From Accumulibacter sp. (lineage in GTDB: Bacteria; Pseudomonadota; Gammaproteobacteria; Burkholderiales; Rhodocyclaceae), in assembly GCA_031264825.1 (NCBI GenBank), contig JAISDL010000035.1:1-40059 (forward strand): 40,059 nucleotides of DNA. The letters run 5' to 3'. The notes beneath the pieces are model-generated. The model was not told the DNA's origin. It saw only the letters and a list, made by a program, of their open reading frames with translations, and did no database searches. This document shows, in pieces, positions 38,384 through 40,059 of the stretch. Both the position numbers and the translations under genes were made by a program. Numbering within the stretch: position 1 is the first letter of the stretch; each line of letters opens with the position of its first letter.

Positions 38384-39174
38384 GCAAAGTCCTCTTTTCG
38401 TGCCGATCGCTGACGATGAAGTTCGGCGGCCTGACGGCGCTCAACAAGCTCGACCTCGACATCAACGAAGGCGATATTCTCGGCCTCGTCGGGCCGAACG
38501 GGTCGGGGAAGACGACTTTCTTCAACGTCGTCACCGGAATCTACCGACCGACCGACGGGCAGGTCGTTTTCGACGGATACGATATCACGGGCTTTTCGCC
38601 GCAGGCGGTTTTCGAAGCGGGTATCTCGCGCACCTTCCAGCGTTCCCGGCTGTGTCTCGAACTTTCCATTTTCGACAACATCATGCTCGGGAACTTCAAG
38701 ACGCACAATCTCGGAATTCTCGGCAACATCTTCCGCCGCAAGGCTTTTCACAAGACCTGCGCGGAAGAGATCGAAAAAGCCGTCGAACTCATTCGCCTGC
38801 TCAACCCCGCGCTCGTCGGCAGCATTCACAGGCCGGTCGCCGACCTGAGCATGATCGACCGGCGGCGTATCGAAATCTGCCGCGCCCTGATCGGTAAACC
38901 AAGGCTGCTTTTCCTCGACGAACCTTCCGCCGGGATGACGCACGACGAGACGAATCAGCTCATGGACGAGATTCTCGCGATGAAGTCCGACGAACGCCGG
39001 CTGACGATCGTGCTTATTGAGCACGAAATGGGGATCATCGGTAAAGTCACGACGCGTTGCGCCGTGCTCAATTTCGGTGAAAAACTCTGCGACGGCACGT
39101 ATCAGAGCATCGTGGAAAATCCTCTGGTTCAGGAAGCCTACTTGGGCCAGGAAGTGACGGAGGATGAAGTCTGA
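38380..39174 (+). CDS. livG: LIV-family ABC ATP-binding protein
   Basis: FGGLTAL, Walker A GPNGSGKTT, RTFQ, LDEPSAG, IEHEM, VQEAYLG. GTG start overlaps the livM stop. Confidence 0.9.
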   Translation: MSKVLFSCRSLTMKFGGLTALNKLDLDINEGDILGLVGPNGSGKTTFFNVVTGIYRPTDGQVVFDGYDITGFSPQAVFEAGISRTFQRSRLCLELSIFDNIMLGNFKTHNLGILGNIFRRKAFHKTCAEEIEKAVELIRLLNPALVGSIHRPVADLSMIDRRRIEICRALIGKPRLLFLDEPSAGMTHDETNQLMDEILAMKSDERRLTIVLIEHEMGIIGKVTTRCAVLNFGEKLCDGTYQSIVENPLVQEAYLGQEVTEDEV

Positions 39175-39884
39175 TGCGACAAGCTCTGACGGTAAACCAC
39201 ATCAGCGCCGCCTACGGGAAAGCCGACGTTCTGAGCGACGTCAACATCACGATAGAACCCGGCAGGATCACGTGTCTGCTCGGCGCGAACGGCGCGGGAA
39301 AGAGTACCTTGATCAAGGTGCTCCTCGGACTCCTGAAACCGCATACGGGCGAAATCTTTTTCGAAGGTGAAAACATCACGGGCCTCCAGCCGCACGAAAT
39401 CATCGGGCGCGGAATCGCCTGCATCCCCGAAGGGCGGCGTATTTTCCCGAAGATGACGGTCGAGGAAAACCTCTATATGGGCGCGTACCAAGAGCCTTCG
39501 AACGAAAAGATTCGGGAAAAGATGCTTGAAGTCTATACGCTGTTTCCACGCCTCCAGGAGCGGCGCGCCCAACTCGCCGGGACGATGTCCGGCGGCGAAC
39601 AGGCGATGGTCTCGATCGGGCGCGGGCTCATGCATTCGCCGCAGCTTCTGATCATCGACGAGCCTTCGCTGGGGCTTTCGCCTGCGCTCGTCAGCGACAA
39701 TTTCCGTATCATCCGGCGCATATGCGAAGCCGGAACGTCGGTTTTCCTCGTCGAACAGAACGTGCGGCAAACGCTCGCCATTTCGAGTTACGGCTACGTG
39801 CTCTCGCAGGGACGCATCGTCGCGCACGGCGAAGCGCGCGCGCTGAGGGACGATGTGGCGGTCAAGGAAGCCTATTTCGGGTGA
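39174..39884 (+). CDS. livF: LIV-family ABC ATP-binding protein
   Basis: Walker A GANGAGKST; motifs PEGRRIF, MSGGEQAM, DEPSLGL, VEQN, VKEAYFG. Confidence 0.92.
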   Translation: MRQALTVNHISAAYGKADVLSDVNITIEPGRITCLLGANGAGKSTLIKVLLGLLKPHTGEIFFEGENITGLQPHEIIGRGIACIPEGRRIFPKMTVEENLYMGAYQEPSNEKIREKMLEVYTLFPRLQERRAQLAGTMSGGEQAMVSIGRGLMHSPQLLIIDEPSLGLSPALVSDNFRIIRRICEAGTSVFLVEQNVRQTLAISSYGYVLSQGRIVAHGEARALRDDVAVKEAYFG

Positions 39885-40054
39885 TTCAGGAGACAGGAAT
39901 CAGATGTCAGGTATCAGGGATCGGATGAAAACCGATTTTTACCGCGAAAGGCGCGAAAGACGCGAAAGGTCTGTATTTACAAAACTTTTTCGCGCGTATC
40001 CGTGTTTCGCGGTTCTTGTCTTCTGATTCCTGATCCCTGACATCTGATCCCTGA
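39885..40054. repeat. Nested inverted-repeat element: heptamer outer arms, nonamer inner arms
   Basis: Outer (TCAGGnA)n 39886-39923 and (nCTGATn)n 40021-40054; inner (CGCGAAAGn)x3 39943-39968 and TTTCGCG...TTTCGCGGT 39988-40013. Confidence 0.85.
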
Positions 40055-40059
40055 ACCCT

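Noticed and set aside
37258-39174. 638-aa ORF suggesting an extended or fused ATPase
   Set aside because: The Arg-rich extension is an off-frame read of livM. The real start is GTG 38380.

Overview
A GC-rich betaproteobacterial chromosomal window (gene content and order look Rhodocyclales-like, by inference). Positions 1-10.8 kb hold the distal part of a surface-polysaccharide cluster: fcl, gmd, UDP-glucuronate decarboxylase, glycosyltransferases, a SAM methyltransferase, an SDR reductase, a phosphoglycosyl transferase and a CapD/WbpM-type dehydratase. Housekeeping genes follow: apaH; aroQ-prmA-DUF3426-PfkB kinase with no accBC; yqgE-yqgF-pyrR-pyrB-pyrC'; dacB; an MCP; an SGNH lipoprotein; purT; a PLD-type pssA; a yybP-ykoY riboswitch with a GDT1/UPF0016 transporter; a large FAD/Fe-S oxidoreductase; a PilZ/FimW-like protein; DUF971; ubiE; and a LIV-type ABC operon with sigma54 and NtrC-like sites. 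The most notable signals are non-coding: (i) nested inverted 7-mer/9-mer tandem-repeat elements at gene 3' ends, (ii) a ~100-bp palindromic MITE-like element present once intact and once degenerate, and (iii) a structured, switch-like leader upstream of purT that does not match the ZMP or PRPP riboswitch motifs. I see no transposase, CRISPR array, tRNA or rRNA.
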